Shown: piece by piece, positions 11,913-25,160 of the stretch
Layout: each line of letters begins with the position of its first letter
How positions within the stretch are numbered: the stretch's first letter is position 1
Assembly: GCF_006345805.1 (NCBI RefSeq)
Contig: NC_043010.1
Location: forward strand, 2,356,001-2,420,000
Length of the DNA: 64,000 bases
DNA from: Octopus sinensis
Taxonomy: Eukaryota
Direction: 5' to 3'
The notes under the pieces: model-generated
Seen by the model: only the letters and a program-made list of their open reading frames with translations
Databases searched by the model: none
Told to the model about the DNA's origin: nothing
Program-made: the position numbers and the translations under genes

Positions 11913-13619
11913 CTACATTAAAAGAAGAATATATATTATTTAGTTTTTTTGTTTTTTTTTGCTAATAGACCGTTTTCATTAACTTTTTAATGTTGTTAAT
12001 GTTGTTTTTTTTTATCTATTTTATTTGTATATTTTATTTTTCTAAATAAACCTTTCTTTCAGAATGAAGCGAAATGTCAAAATAAATGAGTACTGTAATT
12101 ATATTTGATCAAACCCCTTTTTAAAAAGTAAATATCTTTTATTTTATTTTAGTTCTTCTTAACATTTCTTACTTTTTTTCTCTCTCTCCTCTCTTTTTCT
12201 AACAATTTTCAAAGGGTTCATTAGAATTTAAAGATGTGTGTTGTTTCATTTATGCAAGGAATGTCCAATCTGAAGTCTCTTGTTGAATTTATTCAAGAAA
12301 AATATTCAGTTTGAAGATGGTTGTTTTCTTCTGTCTAAATTATCAATCCATAAAGACAGTTTCCATTTGTCCATCATTTGTAAAAAAGGCTTGGTGATGA
12401 GGAGGCAGATGAAATGTAAAACTGTTTTGTTTGTTTGAATAATAACTCTTTCAATAGACAACAGCTTGCTAAGTGTTAAGAGCTGCATCGGTAGTGAGGA
12501 GGACTACTGTAAGGAATATATATCCATATGGTCGATAGAGCTTTGGACTAATTAAAGAGCCACGTCAATACTGTATTAATAGGCTCTCTCATTGTTTCAC
12601 TAGAAGAGGCTTCATCAAGACACAACTGCACAGAGACAGACTGTGGGAAATGACTATCATCCTATGGTTACCAGTTTGCAGGGCCAAAGCTGAAGACTTG
12701 TGGTAGCATCCTCTGCCAATCACTTTTGATTTTTGTTCCTACTCACCACTGGACTTATGAAAGATGTGTTATGGTGTTGGTCCTGGTAACGTGGTTCGCT
12801 GAGCAACCAGTATCATCATCATCATCATTTAGCGTCCGCTTTCCATGCCAGCATGGGTTGGACGGTTCAACTGGGGTCTGGGAAGCCAGAAGGCTGCACC
12901 AGGCCCAGTTTGATCTGGCAATGTTTCTATGGCTGGATGCCCTTCCTAACGCCAACCACTCCATGGGTGTAGTATGATGAATATTATTATAGTGGGAAAG
13001 GTTTCTGCAGTGCTTGTCCCACTCTTTCATACTTCAAACTTGCATTGATCTGGGGCAACAAGTTCCACAAGCCCAGAAGTTACCAGGATGCAGGATTTCA
13101 ATGGAGTTACCTTCTTTTAGATAAGCACCTAAAGTGCTAAGGGGCCTCATCTGCCCAGGGTCCATTGGAAGTGTCTGTGAGTGACCTTTTGTAGGAGGTA
13201 GCTTCATGGTATGCTAATTATTAACTCATAACAGGGACCCCAGTTGTTACTGCTCTGGGTCAGAGCAGACCTGTAAACAATGGTGGCTAAGCAATGGTTT
13301 CACACTCTCCAAAATCTTGGAACACCTGAACCATGGCTCCTCTCCCAGATGTATTTAGAGTCATACTTGGAACATCAATACAGTACAAGATTACTCGAAG
13401 GATATCTTCAACATTGACATATAACTTTGACACAAGGTCACAAGGTTTTGGGAAGAACTGATAATCAATTGTACAGATATCAGTACATTCTTCTTTCTGA
13501 GCTCACAGGCTGCCCCCTGGGGACTGACTTGACAATTACTATTCATGGAATTTAATAATAGAGCATAAAGGGACATAATCATGTATTACAAAGCAATTAG
13601 TCTGTGGCTCTTAATGATT

Positions 13620-13930
13620 AGTGGAGGTGCAATGGCCCAGTGGTTAGGGCAGCAGACTCGTGGTTGGAGGATCGGAGTTTCAATTCTCAGACCAAGCATT
13701 GTGTGTGTTTATCGAGCGAAAACACCTAAAAGCTCCACTAGGCTCCGGCAGGGGGTGGTGGCAACCCCTGTTGTACTCTTTCGCCACAACTTTCTCTCAC
13801 TCTCTCTTCCTGTTTCTTGAGTAACACTGTGATGGACTGGCATCCCGTCAAGCTGGGGGGAACACATACGCCACAGAAACGGGGAAACCGGGCCCATGAG
13901 TCTGGCTAGGGTTGAAAAGGGGGATATTTA
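13620..13930 (+). mobile_element. tRNA-derived SINE, single copy of a further family
   Basis: TGGCCCAGTGG A box and GTTTCAATTC B-box-like motif; its 3' end recurs inverted at ~55775-55825. Confidence 0.6.
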
Positions 13931-14334
13931 TCATTTTCTATCTTAATGATTACCATAGACATATTAATATGAGAATATAGGCAGTTTAATAGATTGGTAG
14001 AATCAGTATAGTATCAGATAATATACCTTGTGAAATTAAATTATGACCCTGGGAAAATACAATGATAGTTTTCTTTGTAGCCTTCTCTCAGACATTTTAG
14101 ATTTTGTTGTTCTTCTTAGCCCTATACAGACATGGTCAAAGAGTATTGAGCTTGATGCTTCTTAAGTGTAAACATGGTACACAGTCAAGAGTTGCTTCAG
14201 ATTGTGATGAATGAGTGGTCAATATATGATTAAGCAGAGTGAGCAATGCAGCAATGTCAATGAAGATGTCTGTGATATTTCAAATAAATTGAACACAAAG
14301 AAAGAAAATAAGGTGGTATAACCTTAGTAGAGGT

Positions 14335-14347
14335 GTGTGTGTACATA

Positions 14348-14379
<32 letters not shown>

Positions 14380-14436
14380 ATGTATGTATGTATATATATG
14401 TATATATATATATATATGTATATATATGTATGTATG

Positions 14437-14493
<57 letters not shown>

Positions 14494-14496
14494 GTG

Positions 14497-14527
<31 letters not shown>

Positions 14528-14591
14528 GTATATATATATATGTATATATGTGTATATATATATATGTGTATATATGTATGTGTGTATATAT

Positions 14592-14635
<44 letters not shown>

Positions 14636-14665
14636 ATATATGTATATATGTATATATATATATGT
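14335..14665. repeat. Long compound (TA)/(TG) microsatellite
   Basis: Direct reading. Confidence 0.95.
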
Positions 14666-14867
14666 AGAATTTTATAATAGAATATAAAGAGATATCATCA
14701 AATACCATAAATCATTTAATTTGTGACTCTTAAACACTGATAAAGACATATTGGTTTCAAATTTTGGCACAACGCCAGCAAGTTGGTTTCAGTGATTCCA
14801 GTGATCAACTTGTACTTATTTTATCGACTTTAAAAGGATGAAAGGCAAAGTTGACCTCGGTATAATG

Positions 14868-15095
14868 AGACCATCTCATTCTTGGTCTACCTTCATCGCC
14901 TGCCAGTTGGTTTGGCTAGAAGAATCTCTCTTGTGATTCTTTCCTGTGATTTTCTAACCACATGTCCATAGTGCCACAGTTGTGATCACTCAATGCATAG
15001 AAGTAGTGGCTTGGCAAGGAGAGATTCCCAGATCTCTGAGCTTAAATACCCTGTCAAGGAAATGTTATTCCAAAGATCCATCAGATGAAACCCAT
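14868..15095 (-). mobile_element. Decayed non-LTR retrotransposon (RTE-like) RT C-terminal relic
   Basis: Minus translation ...SQLWHYGHVVRKSQERITREILLAKPTGRR..RPRMRW matches the LRWxGHVxR...GRPRxxW motif, with stops. Confidence 0.7.
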
Positions 15096-15856
15096 TTTAG
15101 CTCCTTGCATCAACAACTGCACTCTTTCAGTCATTGTGCAACATCCATGACTGCAGAAACCAAATTGAAAATAGCAAGTTTGTTTTGTGTTTTTCTTTTT
15201 TTTTAACCAATCTCTTCTCTTATTCCAATGCTGAAAATTAACATTAGAGACAACATATGCATGTGCTTGCATGTTGAAGTGCAAGTGTGAGTGCATATGC
15301 ACGTAGGTATGTGTGAATGTTTTTTTTTTTTAAATTGAATAATGATAAAGAAATTCAACAAGAAAGAACAAGCTAATATTTAATACATGGTGGTGGTGGT
15401 AGGGGGGGAGAGAAAAAAGGGGAGAAGATTTCTTCCAGAAGTAGGCTGTGTTTCAAAGATAATGCAATGACCTTATTGATTTATCTCAATGGTTTTAGGG
15501 AACTGTGCAATTAAAAATATCGATCTGAGTGTATAGAGCTTGACGCTTGATAAGTGGAAAATGGTATATAATCAAGAGCAGCTTCAGATTGTGATTAATG
15601 AGTGATCAATACATGATTAAACAGAGTGAGCAATGCAGCAATATCAATAAAGGTATCTGGGATATTGCAAATAAATTGGTAACACATAACACAAAGGAAC
15701 AAAATAAGGTGGTATAGTCTTAGTAGAGGTGTATATTATGTTTATACACTAATACAGATGTGTATGTACACACACACACACACATTCGTATGTGGATATG
15801 TATGGAAAACAGACAGACAGACAGGCAGGCAAGCAGGCAGGCAGGCAGATAGATAA

Positions 15857-15891
<35 letters not shown>

Positions 15892-16179
15892 CACACACAC
15901 ACACATGCACACACACACAAACTCTCCTGTCAGTTTCAATATGTAAGCATCCAATTATTCAATCAACTGAACAACCTATTCATTGAATTGACATAAAAAG
16001 TGGCTGAGTATCCACATATTTATCCTTAACGAAATATTCTCAAACAGATTCAGTGACACGGTGTCGCTTAGTAAGACATTGTAGAACATTTGATCTAGAG
16101 TCATTGTATTCTCACTATGTTGGGGTACTGTTTTCAAATGTTACTTCATCATATCAACCCCAGCACTTTTTTTCTAACT

Positions 16180-16410
16180 AGGAGGCGAGCTGGCAGAACC
16201 GTTAGCACGCCGGGTGAAATGCGTAGCCGTATTTCGTCTGCTGTTAGGTTCTAAGTTCAAATTCCACCGAGGTCGACTTTGCCTTTCATCCTTTCGGGGT
16301 CGATTAAATAAGTACCATTTACACACTGGGGTCGATGTAACCAACTTAATCCGTTTGTCTGTCCTTGTTTGTCCCCTCTGTGTATAGCCCCTTGTGGGTA
16401 GTAAAGAAAA
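16180..16410 (+). mobile_element. SINE family B (other copies ~8150-8360, 19750-19945 -, 20062-20310, 21232-21680 x2, 27093-27308, 36235-36400 -, 49250-49670 - x2, 54267-54470)
   Basis: GGCGAGCTGGCAGAA..GTTAGCACGCCGGG...GTTCAAATTCC (B box)...CTTTCATCCTTTCGGGGTCGA consensus repeated. Confidence 0.85.
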
Positions 16411-17509
16411 ATATATTTGTGTGTCTGTGTGTGTGTTGTGTGTGTCGTGTGTTTTGAGTGTGTGTGTGTGTGCATGCATGCACAGGCATGAGTTTATGTG
16501 AGTGTGTGTACCCTTGTCTTGATGTCACAAGATCTTTGTAGGTATCACCATCATAGATGCGATGTTGTTCATTCCCAGTCTTCCATGAAGAACATGTCTG
16601 ACTGTGGGAAATATTACCTTGCTTCAAAACAAGTGAGAATTAACCACAGGAAGAGCATCCAGCCATAGAAAATTTGCCTTAATACATTCTGTCCGACTTA
16701 TACAAGCATGGAAAAGTAAATGTTAGATGCTGATGAAATTACTAAAACCGAAAAACATTTATAAAACGTTTTAAAATGTTTTTAAAATATCTTGAAGTTT
16801 TTTTGCTCCACTGATATTCAGATGCAAATAATCGTTTTTTAAAATCACTTAAAATAAAAATAAATATTTTTTTCATGTTATGAATTTGGCAATGATAAAT
16901 TTTTAATGCCAAATCCATTAATTTATTAAATTCTAATATATTTCATAAATTTTTTCCTAACATAATTCAGAGTCCTAAATTTGGTGCTAATCTCTTGTAT
17001 CTATTATTTTGATTATTAATTATTTGTACTGATTAATTTTTTCTAATTGGGATGAGAAAAAAAATACAATTCTAGGCCTAACAATTAAAAAATAAATCCT
17101 ATTTTGAAAACAACAATGAAATGCACAATATAATGAGCTTCAACTGACATATTTATACATTGAATCTAAGAATAAACTTACTCTCAGTGAATCTTGGCAT
17201 TTTCATTAAATTTGAATGAGAAATGATATCTTTTGCACTTAAACTTGCACCTAAAATCACTATTTTTTGCACTTAAAATTGCACTTAAAATCTGATATTT
17301 CTGCACATGATATATTAAATATAAAGAATTTCAATATATTTTTAAAAAATCATCAAGGCATTGGAAATTTTTCAAAAATGGGAAAATTTTCAACATGTGC
17401 AATGCTACCCTCCAAAAAATCTTCACCCTGCTCACATCTAGGTGGAACCAAAGCAGACTGAACCAAAACCAGTGAAAATTTGGGATCCCAAGCAATTCTT
17501 TCTTTTTTT

Positions 17510-18825
17510 TTTAATTTGTTTCAGTCATTTGACTGTGGCCATGCTGGAACACCACCTTTAGTCGAGCAAATCGACTGCAGGACTTATTCTTTGTAAGCCC
17601 AGTACTTATTCTATCGGTCTGTCTTGATGAACCGCTAAGTGACGGGGACATAAACACACCAGCATCGGTTGTCAAGCATTGTTGGGGATACAAACACAGA
17701 CACACAAACATATCCATACATATATATATATATATATATATATACAACGGGCTTCTTTCAGTTTCCATCTACCAAATCCACTCACAAGGCTTTGGTCGGC
17801 CTGAGGCTATAGTAGAAGATACATGCCCAAGGTGCCATACAATGGGACTGATCCCGGAAACATGTGGTTGGTAAGCAAGCTACTTACCACACAGCCACTC
17901 CTATGTCCATATGTTAGCCCTCTGCAGTTTTTAAGTTTATTTACAAAGATTTCAATTTCAAAAAGTTTATTAATGATCACCCACAAATTTGATCCCATTT
18001 TTGCCCCATGAATCAATTTTGATGCAATTTTTCAGCACTGGATCTCTCTTTTACTCTTTACTCTTTTACTTGTTTCAGTCATTTGACTGCGGCCATGCTG
18101 GAGCATCGCCTTTAGTCGAGCAACTTGACCCCGGGACTTATTCTTTTTGTAAGCCCAGTACTTATTCTATCGGTCTCTTTTGCCGAACCGCTAAGTAACA
18201 GGGACATAAACACACCAGCATCGGTTGTCAAGCAATGCTAGAGGGACAAACACATACACACAAACACACACATGCATATATATATTATATATATATACAA
18301 CGGGCTTCTTTCAGTTTCCATCTACCAAATCCACTCACAAGGCTTTGGTCGGCCCGAGGCTATAGTAGAAGATACATGCCCAAGGTGCCATACAATGGGA
18401 CTGATCCCGGAAACATGTGGTTGGTAAGCAAGCTACTTACCACACAGCCACTCCTATGTCCATATGTTAGCCCTCTGCAGTTTTTAAGTTTATTTACAAA
18501 GATTTCAATTTCAAAAAGTTTATTAATGATCACCCACAAATTTGATCCCATTTTTGCCCCATGAATCAATTTTGATGCAATTTTTCAGCACTGGATCTCT
18601 CTTTTACTCTTTACTCTTTTACTTGTTTCAGTCATTTGACTGCGGCCATACTGGAGCATCGCCTTTAGTCGAGCAACTTGACCCCGGGACTTATTCTTTT
18701 TGTAAGCCCAGTACTTATTCTATCGGTCTCTTTTGCCGAACCGCTAAGTAACAGGGACATAAACACACCAGCATCGGTTGTCAAGCAATGCTAGACGGAC
18801 AAACACATACACACAAACACACACA

Positions 18826-18857
<32 letters not shown>

Positions 18858-19020
18858 CGACAGGCTTCTTTCAGTTTCTGTCTACCAAATCCACTCACAA
18901 GGCTTTGGTCGGCCTGAGGTTATAGTAGAAGACACTTGCCCAAGGTGCCACGCAGTGGGACTGAACCCGGAACCATGTGGTTGGTAAACAAGCTACTTAC
19001 CACACAGCCACTTCTGCGCC
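17510..19020 (-). repeat. Three family-A SINEs within a 553-bp-period tandem duplication
   Basis: Identical ORFs at 17807 and 18360; the unique spacer is repeated at offset 553. Confidence 0.9.
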
Positions 19021-19317
19021 TTATATCTCTTTCACTTATATCTTTTAAGTAAGCCTAAGTACCCTAGTTTTTCTAAAACAAATAAAAGAGTTGATGATTT
19101 AAAGGTGATATCAGGTGTTACTCCCTTTCCAATTTGAATGATTTTTGCTCCATGTGTTTCTTCTACTTCACAAATTTTAACTTGGGTTACAGAATTAGAT
19201 TTGTTTCATCGAGATCTTTCAATTAAGAGCAATTAGACGATGTTTTGTAAAAGAACAAAAACTGAGATATTGTGCTACATGAAGGGCAACTAAGGCAATG
19301 GCAACTAAAGCACTCAC

Positions 19318-19401
19318 ATGTAGACTGGCAAGTTGACAGTTGCAGCAGCACTTTGAGAATTCACTGGCCATGTAGAGCTTTGAGGCATGTACCCATGTAG
19401 A
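19318..19401 (-). CDS. Candidate 84-nt phase 2-2 cassette exon (LHGYMPQSSTWPVNSQSAAATVNLPVY)
   Basis: Acceptor tgttcttccctttcatgttag|, donor |gtgagtgc; phases 2 and 0 open; GC-richer than flanks. Confidence 0.6.
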
Positions 19402-20319
19402 CTAACATGAAAGGGAAGAACACAGTGGGGACACCCATTCTATTGCAGCCTCATCTGATTACCAAGACTTTTATGTTAATGTTTACTGCCAGAGGGAAGA
19501 GAGATATTATGGCTTAGAGACAGTAAATAATGGGTCTTATTTTAATTCAAACTTAACCAGTTTTGGTACAATAAGTTCTTTTCCAATTCACTAATTTGGC
19601 TGAGTTGACAGAATTAGATTCCTCTCATTGATGCCTATTATCTAAGTGTAATTAAAACAAAAATAGTAAAGAAACAAGGAAACTATGTTACTTATAAGTT
19701 GCACTTATGGAATACTCAACCATTTTTGATCACATATAATGATAATCCTTTCTACTAAAGGCACAAGGCCTGAAATTTTTGTGGGGTGGGAACCAGATGA
19801 TTATATTGACCCCAGTAATTCACTGGTACTGAAAGGATGAAAGGAAAGTCAACCTTGGTGGAGTTTGAACTCAGAATGTAAAGAGAGAGGAAAGGCCACT
19901 AACCATTTTGCCCGGTGTGCTAACAAGTTTGCCAGCTTGCTGCCTTCCTAATACTCCTCCTCTTCCTCCTCCTCCTCCTACTACTACTACTATTGATAAT
20001 AATAATAATAACAATAATAATAATAATCCTTCCTGTTGTAGGCACAGGGCCTGAAATCTTTAAGGTGGCAAGCGGGCAGAATCATCAGCACACCTGGCAA
20101 AATGCTTAGTGAAATTTCATCCATTTTATGTTCTGAGTTCAAATTCTGCCAAAGTCAACTCTATTTTTGATTCTTTTGGGATCAATAAAATAAGTACCAC
20201 TTGAGCACTGTGGTCGATGTAACCAACTTAGCCCCCTACCTGAAATTGCTGGCCTTGAGCCAAAATGCTTCTTTCCTGAAATTGCTGGCCTTGTGCCAAA
20301 ATTTGAAACCATTATTAAG

Positions 20320-20824
20320 GCTGAAAGGCATGAGGACAGATACATTCTTCTTTGGTAGAGCTCTCATTGACTTCTTCAAGTTTCACTTGTAAAGGAAATT
20401 AAGAGTGGAGAGGGAAGTGCTGTCCTCGAATGAATTTATTGAAAGGTGGGTGAAAGTTGTGAAAATGGCAAGATTGGATGGTACCTCTCTACGTGTAGAC
20501 CTGTGAGTTGGAGAGAAGGAATTGGAGAGGGCACTTGCTCCCAGGTTTGCAGGGAAATCTCAGACAGTGGGGTTCCTCACTTATCCCTAGAGGTATTCTT
20601 GTATCAGGAGGGCCACACCTCTATCACCCTACCTGCCCATTTTTTTAAACCTTTGTATGCTTTGCATATGTCCCTTCTCTTTTAGTGTTTACTGTGTATA
20701 CTTAATTTCTTTCTTTCTTTCCATTTTTCTTTCTATCATTTCATTATATGTAAACCCTTACACTTTATGTCTGTCTTTGTATTGGCCCTCATCCTTCGCC
20801 CTTGTGGCAAATAAATGAAATCAG

Positions 20825-20860
<36 letters not shown>

Positions 20861-21195
20861 GGAAAGTGAGGGTGGAGAGAAAAGAGCTACCTCCCTGTGA
20901 TTTTTTAAAAAGGTGGGTGAATGTTGCAACAATGGTCCAACTGAATGGGTCTACTCTAAGCATGATGTGAAGGATGATGTGGAGAGGACAGTGCCCTAGT
21001 GGTCAAGTGACTGTGATTTTGTGAAGTCTCCATGAACAGCCCTAGGGAGTCTCCCACTTTTTGTGGGAATTATTCATTGTTAAAATTTTATATTGTTACT
21101 GCTTTTTTAAAAATTTTTACATGCTTTTATACAACTCCACATTGTATTGTCCAGTACTATACCCCCAATATATTTTGTGAATAGTGATTAATAAA
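20320..21195 (+). mobile_element. Two 5'-truncated Tx1/L1-like LINE 3' ends in tandem
   Basis: Related C-termini RKLRVEREVLSSNEFIERWVKV and RKVRVERKELPPCDFLKRWVNV, each followed by a UTR, AATAAA and (ATT)n. Confidence 0.65.
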
Positions 21196-21229
<34 letters not shown>

Positions 21230-21897
21230 TAAGGTGGTGGAGCTGGCAGAATCGTTAGCACACTGGGCAAAATGCTTAGCAGTATTTCATCTGTCTTTAT
21301 GTACTGAGTTCAAATTTCACCAAGGTCGACTTTGCCTTTCATCCTTTTTGGGGTCAATAAAATAAGTGCCAGTTGAGCACTGGGGTTGGTGTAATCGACT
21401 AGCCCCTTCCCCCAAAATTTCAGGCCTTGTGCCTATACTTGAAAGGATTATTATCATCATTATTATTAAAGTGGTGAGCTGGCAGAATTGTTAGTGTGCT
21501 GAGCAAAATGATTAGTAGCATTTCATCTAGCTTTACATTCTGAGTTCAAATTCCACTGAGGTCAACTCTGCCTTTCATCTTTGCAGTGTCAATAAAATAA
21601 GTACTAGTTGTACACTGGGGCTGATGTTAGCAACTTACCCCTTCCCTCGAATTTGCTGGCCTTGTGCCAAAATTTGGAACCATTATTATTATTATTATTA
21701 TTTATTATTATTATTATTATTATCATTATTATCATTATTATTTCTTTAATGTCTTTTGGAAAGTTGGCATGAGAATCATTTGCAAAATGCCATTCAGTGA
21801 AAGTGTGTGTGTGGGGGGTTTACACTGAGCTATGCTACAATAGCCTGGGAATCACAGATATTGATGTTCAAGGTTAACAAACAAATGCTGCTGTGGG

Positions 21898-21976
21898 TCA
21901 GGATGCCCTAACATAACTTCCAGTCTCAGAAACCCGACAAAAGGGTTCATGGATACTGCCCTTCTTCCTTCTCTGA
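21898..21976 (-). CDS. Candidate phase-2 terminal exon (QRRKKGSIHEPFCRVSETGSYVRAS-stop)
   Basis: Long T-rich tract ending cctggcttag|; basic K-K-x-S kinase-site-like motif. Confidence 0.4.
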
Positions 21977-23074
21977 CTAAGCCAGGAATTAACAAAAAAA
22001 AACAAAAACAGAAAATAATAAAACACCGTAGTGCCAGCACAACTCCCCAGATCAAGGAACTCACCATTACCACTAATGCTACAACTATTACTACCAGACA
22101 CCCAAGTTAATCATAAGCTGTAATATTCCTAATATATTCCCACAAAGAAATTTTGTCATTTCATTTATATTTTTATAGTTTCAATAATATATTTTAAATT
22201 AAGATTTTTTTTTTTACATAATTAATACAGAGTTATTATATAATCAATAAAGTATTAGGTGGTGAGAGGTAAGATGTATAATTAATAATGAGTGCACATA
22301 CAGTTATTTGCAGATGAGAAGGGATGACGGCAACATTAAAAATAATGAACATTTATAAATTAATAAGGGTCTCTTTCCAAGGGCTTCAAAAAGGGACCAG
22401 CATGTAATTAATGCAGAAATGATATATAATTTAATATCAGAGAACTACATTAAAATGAATTCACATTAAAATGGTATATAATTAATACTTGAAATATTAT
22501 GAATTTTATCATATATAGATGGTTGTATATAATTCATTACACAGAAAAGCTTTTCAAATATATATGTACATTAGATAAAATATAATACACACACATATAT
22601 ATAAACACATATACATATATCATGATATACATATATATATATATGTATATGTATATGTATTTATATATATGTTTTATATGTCTACATATAGGTGCAGGAG
22701 TGGCTGTGTGGTAAGTAGCTTGCTTACCAACCATAGTCCCACTGCATGGCATCTTGGGCACATGTCTTCTACAATAGATTCAGGCTGGCCAAAGCCTTGT
22801 GAGTGGATTTGGTAATCGGAAACTGAAAGAAGCCCATCGTATGTATATGCATGTGTGTGTCTGTGAGTCAGTGTTTGTCCCCTCATCATCACTTGACAAC
22901 TGATGTTGGGGAGTTTACCTCCCCGTAATTTAGTGGTTCAGCAAAAGTACTGATAGAATAAGTACTAGGCTTACAAAGAATAAATCCTGGAGTTGATTTG
23001 TTTGACTAAAGGTGGTGTTCCAGCATGACTGCAGCCAAAAGTCTGAAACAACTAAAATGTATATATATATATAT

Positions 23075-23465
23075 AAAGTAGTTGTATGCTGTGAACTTAA
23101 TGTGACAGTCCCACAAAGGGAATAATACTACTGCTATTTAGCCCTAGGAAGCAACACCGCTTCCTGTCAGCCTTGACACGTTTCCTGTGTCCTTATGTTT
23201 ACAAGGGGGAGACAAGCACCCCATCCAGCTAAGCGAACATTCAGGAACTAGTTTCTGAGGCATTGCTCGTCTTCAGTCTGGAGTAGCATGGCTTGCTAGT
23301 TGGAGATGCCTATCTAGCTCCTGTAAACATATAATTATTCTAGTGAAATACATTCATTGATTTCAAAAATAGAAATAATATATTTCTAAATCTCTCAGAG
23401 AGAATTATGCAGTAGTGATACTATAAAGTAGTTGCATGATGTCAACTTAATGTGACAGTCCCATG
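23075..23465 (-). mobile_element. Penelope-like terminal fragment with direct repeat and hammerhead-like motif
   Basis: AAGTAGTTG.ATG.TGT.AACTTAATGTGACAGTCCCA at both ends; minus 23280-23242 CAGA-CTGAAGA-C-GAG caatgc CTC-A-GAAAC-TA-GTT-CCTG. Confidence 0.55.
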
Positions 23466-23519
23466 AATGGTGTCAGTCAAGCAGTACTGGCATCGGTCAC
23501 AACAACATTTTCACTTGAT

Positions 23520-24085
23520 GCACACTTCTTCACACAGCTGTTCTCATCCATACGTAACACATGACAATACCAGTGCAGTCATCTCTCTTGCACACCACAT
23601 TTGATGCTTCATGTCCAACTTTTGTTTCAGGGCACTTATACTTTGATGCGTATCCACACTGACATTACGCATCCAGCAGAGCATACTAGCTGCATCTGTT
23701 TCAAGCTTACACATGTCCTCAACAGTCACAGCCCATGTTTCACAGCCATGTAGCATGGCTGTTTGCACACCTGCATCATACTGTCTACCTTTCACTCTGA
23801 GCAAGAGGCCCTTTGTTACTAGCAGAGGTAGGAGCTTTCTGAACTTTGCCCAGGCTATCCTGATTCTAGCAGTTACACTCTCAGAGCATCCACCCCTGCT
23901 ACTGACGCGGTCATCTGGGTAACAGCAGCTATCAACTACTTCTAGTTTTTTCCCCCCGGCATGTGACAGAAGCTGTTTTCTGCACATTTTCAGTGTTTAT
24001 TGCTCCTGTGCATCTGTCACACACAAAAACTATCTTCCTAGTTAACCTTGCTTTGATATTGCTGCACCTCTTATGTGCCCATAGC
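23520..24085 (-). mobile_element. RTE-clade LINE RT fragment (decayed)
   Basis: LEVVDSCCY...ARIRIAWAKFRKLLPLL...MLHGCETW; upstream Cys/His segment HKRC...CDRC; overlaps the family at 51349. Confidence 0.85.
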
Positions 24086-24367
24086 ATATATATATGTATG
24101 TGTCCATACATAAATATATATATATATATCCCATCCCACCCCACCCTTGCTTCCTCCACTCTCGCCTCCCCCAAACCCCAACACCACCACACCACAACAC
24201 CATACTACACCACCACACTACACACCACCCTGGGCACACTAGTACTGACCACTTCCCAGCACCCACACCATCATCCACACACCTACACATGCACATGTCA
24301 AGGTCCCCAGCCCCCTTCCACACACACATACATATGCATACATATATACACACACACATATATATGC

Positions 24368-24409
<42 letters not shown>

Positions 24410-24567
24410 CAGGCTTTTTTCAGCTTCAGTCTACCAAATCCACTCACGAGGCTTCGGTCGGCATGAGGCTATAGTAGAAGACACTTGCACAAGGTGCCAT
24501 GCAGTGGAACTGAACCCAGAACCATGTAGTTCGTAAGCAAGCTATTTACCACACAGCAACTCCTGCA

Positions 24568-24609
<42 letters not shown>

Positions 24610-24622
24610 TAAATACATATAC

Positions 24623-24656
<34 letters not shown>

Positions 24657-24759
24657 ACATATATGTATGTATGTATGTATGTATGTATATGTGTATACAT
24701 GTTGAGATGTAGTTATATAAGGGTATATATATGTATATATCTTGGTTTGTCATTTCAAA

Positions 24760-25160
24760 CTCCTACATTTCTTTCCAACGTTATCTGAATTAACATGAAA
24801 AATACTTTTACGATAGCGTTTAATGGCTTTTTGTTGCACAATTTTTTCCTCTACAGCTTTTGTGCATCGTTTTTCAAATTTGAACAAATTTTACCACTTT
24901 AATACATTTGATGATGGAGTGCCAAAGAGAGGGAAATGAGCATTATCAACACCTGCTTTTTCTTCTGTTCATTCATGGTTCCAAAGCTGCTGAAAGCATT
25001 TAAGATATTTACACTGTGTAAGAAGAAGCTAATACTGAATGAACCGCACGGAAACAGTTTTCACACTTCAAGGAGGAGAAAATCAACCTCACACACTCTC
25101 TGCACTCCAGCAAGCTGGTTCCTTTCAATGAAGACCAATTGAACTAGCACATCCATGTGG
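24760..25160 (+). mobile_element. mariner transposase 5' relic (second fragment at ~34985-35060)
   Basis: From ATG 24914: MECQREGNEHYQHLLF...KAAES*DIYTV*EEANTE*TARKQFSHFKEE...FNEDQLN, the mariner N-terminal HTH pattern with stops. Confidence 0.75.

Noticed and set aside
17182-17250. 69-nt minus exon candidate with gtaagt donor
   Set aside because: Weak acceptor, closed in phase 2, in transposon-like AT-rich sequence.
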